From Promethearchaeota archaeon (GTDB lineage Archaea > Asgardarchaeota > Lokiarchaeia > Sigyniarchaeales > SOKP01), in the NCBI GenBank assembly GCA_008080735.1, contig SHMW01000077.1, positions 1 through 20,420 of the forward strand: 20,420 nt of DNA. The letters run 5' to 3'. Of the stretch, positions 17,481 to 20,420 are shown piece by piece; the stretch's first letter is position 1, and each line of letters opens with the position of its first letter. A program made the position numbers and the translations under genes. Below the pieces are notes generated by a model, which saw only the letters and a program-made list of their open reading frames with translations, did not search any database and was not told the origin of the DNA.

Positions 17481-17490
17481 ATCACTTCCT
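17481..17490 (-). promoter_or_regulatory. Shine-Dalgarno-like site of dnaG
   Basis: AGGAAGTGAT (cf. archaeal GGAGGTGAT), 5 nt before the in-frame ATT at 17475. Confidence 0.6.
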
Positions 17491-18240
17491 TTCTAAAATT
17501 GATTAAAAATTTTTTCCTATTCTTAAATAAATTTAATTTGAAAGATGATTAATAACGTCGAATTGAATATCTTTCTTATATTTGATATGGTTTAATTTTC
17601 AATAAATGATTAATGACCATCATCTACTGATGGTTCTAAATGTAACAATCATACTAAACATAAATTTTTTTCTATTTATACAATTTGATTATAGTTTTTA
17701 GATGTAAATCCAAAAAGTAATATCACCATATAATGTTCTTTTTAATCCCTTAGCGACATATATATCCCCATGAACTATTGGAATGAGCTGTTTTTAAATA
17801 ATCTGAATTCTAAATCCTCATACCCTCTTAAAGTGAAATTAAAATTTACTACTGAATTGGGGAGATTCTATATTTATTTCAAAAAATCCCAGAAAAGTAG
17901 AAAAGTGAATATTAGAATTCTATTTTTCAGCAATTGAAGTATTATCCAGTCAATTTATATAATATATTAACCGAAGATAAAGATATAGTAGGGTTCCTCA
18001 TCTCTGTTAGATTCTACATAGCTGAATTATTTGCTAGAATGATTCTGGGCTTGTGGAGAGTATAAATTTCATTAGCATATTTTTGAATCATTCAATTCTT
18101 CTTTTATTCTAATAGCGGTTTTATATACCTTAACTAATACTATGATTGATATAATAGGTTTTAATAAATCAGAAATATTAGCAAATTATATTTAACTACT
18201 AGTTGCAACCAAGAAAAAGTATCTAAGACTACACCCAACC

Positions 18241-19275
18241 ATGGAACGCATAATCGTACTCGGTGGAAAAGGAGGAGTTGGTAAAAGTTCCATTAGTGCC
18301 GCCACAGCAGTGAGATTATCAACTTTATTGCCAGAGAAAAGGATATTAATCATCTCCTTTGATATGGCACACAATTTATCAGATTTATTTGATACAGAAA
18401 TAGGAAATGAACTCACCCAATTAACCCAGAATCTTTGGGGTATTGAACCCGATGCAAATGCTTTCGCTGAAGAATATACTAAGGAATTAATTGATAAATT
18501 AAAGACACTAATGAAACAAATGCCGATTGTCGGTTTCATTCCTCAAATTGAAGAATATATTGACACCACCTTCACAGCAGATTCGATTCCTTTGGCGCTT
18601 AAAAATGCAATGTTTTTCCAAAAAATTCTAGATGCGGAAGATCTCACCCAGCAAATCCAATTCGACATCGTAGTCGCCGATTTTCCCCCCACAGGAAATA
18701 TGGTGGCGCTGTTTGAAATCCCCGAAGATCAAGTTAAAATTGTATTGAAATATTCTCTCAATTTCTATAACTCTATCAAAGGGGCAATGAGAAATGTAGG
18801 CAAGATGTTTAGAAAATTTGTTGCGCCTTTCAGTGATGAGAAGAAAAGAAGAGAATTGGGGGTGGAAATTGTAAATATGGTGCAGGATTTGGAAGAGCGA
18901 GGTGAAAGGATAAGCCAGCTTATTCACGATATTGGGTCGCTTAGATTGGTCACTATTGCTGAAAAACCGAGTTTTGAAGAAATTAAAAGGGCAAGAGATT
19001 TAACCAGTAAATATATTGACCTAGATGCAGTTCATATTAATATGTTAACACCAAAGAAATATGCGGATAATTGCGATTTCTGTCATAAGCTCCGAGCAAC
19101 GCAGTTAAGATACAATGAAGAGATTAGGAATGAATTTGGAAAGTTGCGAATTTGGAAATCTAAAAAATTAGTAGATAAAGAACCAATTGGATTGGATGGA
19201 TTAATATATTTAGCAAACGAAGTTTATGGGAAAGTGGCATCAGCTAAAGAGATTCTCTATCCGAAATCTTACTGA
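18241..19275 (+). CDS. ArsA/GET3 (TRC40)-family ATPase, single domain
   Basis: Deviant Walker A GGKGGVGKSS, switch I SFDMAHNLSD, switch II DFPPTG, C-terminal CDFC, EPIGLDGL. Confidence 0.9.
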   Translation: MERIIVLGGKGGVGKSSISAATAVRLSTLLPEKRILIISFDMAHNLSDLFDTEIGNELTQLTQNLWGIEPDANAFAEEYTKELIDKLKTLMKQMPIVGFIPQIEEYIDTTFTADSIPLALKNAMFFQKILDAEDLTQQIQFDIVVADFPPTGNMVALFEIPEDQVKIVLKYSLNFYNSIKGAMRNVGKMFRKFVAPFSDEKKRRELGVEIVNMVQDLEERGERISQLIHDIGSLRLVTIAEKPSFEEIKRARDLTSKYIDLDAVHINMLTPKKYADNCDFCHKLRATQLRYNEEIRNEFGKLRIWKSKKLVDKEPIGLDGLIYLANEVYGKVASAKEILYPKSY

Positions 19276-19280
19276 AATTA

Positions 19281-20084
19281 TCAGGATTTGTTGAATTTTG
19301 GTTTGCGCTTTCGAAGGAAGGCTTTTATACCTTCTAGGTTATCCTTTGTGCCCATAGTTTTAAGAACAGCTTGCCGTTCTTGATGTAATCCTTCTTCTAA
19401 TGGCTGATCTCCATATTCAACTATGCATCTTAACATTTCAGAAACAGCAGTCATTGGCATATCTGAAAGTTCTTTTGCTAACTCAAAAGCGCGATCCTTC
19501 AGCTCTACTTTTGGGACAACTTCGTTTACTAAACCAATCCGATATGCTTCTGTGCCAGAAATCTTTTTAGCCCGGAGTATCATATCAAGTGAGTATAATC
19601 GTCCCACACAACGAGTTAAGCGTGCGCTTCCCCCCCATGCGGGAACCGTGCCTAGATCTAGCTCGGGCAAACCGATCTTTGCGCCTTCTTTAGCAGCTAA
19701 TCGAAAATGACAAGAAAGCGGAAGTTCTAATCCCCCTCCAAGACAATATCCAAAAAGGGTGGCTATTACTGGTTTTCTCATATTCTCGATAGCACTGAGT
19801 ACCCGTAAACGTTGGTCTAAGATTTCTCGCATACGCTCCATATTGCGTACCACTCCCGTAATTTCTTTAAGATCCATACCCACCGAGAAATTATCCTCAC
19901 CTTCAGCAGTAATCACGATGGCGCGAACATTTTGGTCTTCCGAAAGTTTCGGGACAAAATTTTCTAACTCATTAAAAAACTCAAGGCTCATGGGATTCAT
20001 TGGGGGTTTATTGATAGATATTATCGCTACGGCATCCCTTTGTGTGAACAAAAAAGATTTATTCTCAATTTTTTCTTCTGACAT
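19281..20084 (-). CDS. Enoyl-CoA hydratase/isomerase (crotonase) family
   Basis: FSVGMDL, KPVIA..FGYCLGGGLEL, GLPELDLG..P.WGG, EGIKAFL.KRKPKF. Confidence 0.94.
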   Translation of the reverse strand: MSEEKIENKSFLFTQRDAVAIISINKPPMNPMSLEFFNELENFVPKLSEDQNVRAIVITAEGEDNFSVGMDLKEITGVVRNMERMREILDQRLRVLSAIENMRKPVIATLFGYCLGGGLELPLSCHFRLAAKEGAKIGLPELDLGTVPAWGGSARLTRCVGRLYSLDMILRAKKISGTEAYRIGLVNEVVPKVELKDRAFELAKELSDMPMTAVSEMLRCIVEYGDQPLEEGLHQERQAVLKTMGTKDNLEGIKAFLRKRKPKFNKS

Positions 20085-20192
20085 TTTAATCTCCGACTTT
20101 TAATAAATCTATAGAATAACACTTAGAATGCATTTGGAGTGCACATCTCTTTTGACCTCAACACTTTCGTGAATCGGTATTATTTAGTACTA

Positions 20193-20420
20193 CTACACAT
20201 AGGCAGTTTGAGTCATTGCTAAAAAACTTTTGGGACTCATTTGATACCTTTGTGGCTTGATATTACTTTTATTTAATCTGTCTTTCCTTTTTACCTCTTT
20301 TGTGGGGTGCCCGTTTGAAGGGGAAAACTTTATGGGCGGGGTTATGATAAATTTGGTAACCTTTTGCCTTGCTTGATCGGTTAGGTGTTTGCGAGGATCG
20401 GAAACCAAGTTTAAATTGTA
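20193..20420 (-). CDS. Possible 3' end of a gene running off the window edge
   Basis: Frame is open from the window edge (YNLNLVSDPRK...) to TAG at 20193-20195; no motif recognised. Confidence 0.3.
   Translation of the reverse strand, partial: YNLNLVSDPRKHLTDQARQKVTKFIITPPIKFSPSNGHPTKEVKRKDRLNKSNIKPQRYQMSPKSFLAMTQTAYV

Noticed and set aside
17770-17937. 55-codon ORF MNYWNELF...FFSN
   Set aside because: No motif or ribosome-binding site, and the composition reflects AT-rich DNA, so it is not supported as a CDS.
322-20103. Other short ORFs overlapping assigned genes (e.g. 322-633, 637-1029, 4280-4696, 16788-17042, 17118-17333, 18192-18539, 19423-19710, 19759-20103)
   Set aside because: They lie antisense to or out of frame within well-supported genes and have no recognisable motifs.

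Overview
AT-rich archaeal chromosomal window, most consistent with an Asgard archaeon (Lokiarchaeia-like), based on the archaeal translation superoperon plus a Rab-like small GTPase without a prenylation motif. It holds the rps19e-PDCD5-rpl39e-rpl31e-eIF6-(Rab-like GTPase)-rpl18a-pfdA-ftsY cluster, secE, yhbY/rnp4/nep1, two tRNAs (Phe-GAA, Gly-TCC), a radical SAM/AlkD DNA-repair pair, a GET3/ArsA ATPase and several metabolic and membrane genes. The main finding is that the archaeal dnaG gene is interrupted inside its conserved GAIFGQ|TEGL motif by a 32-nt insertion (17330-17361). This insertion folds into a bulge-helix-bulge-type splice motif whose predicted cut sites exactly restore the reading frame, making it a candidate tRNA-endonuclease-spliced mRNA intron. 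The same gene appears to start at a non-canonical ATT codon. tRNA-Phe carries a similarly built 29-nt intron at a non-canonical D-loop position (15/16).
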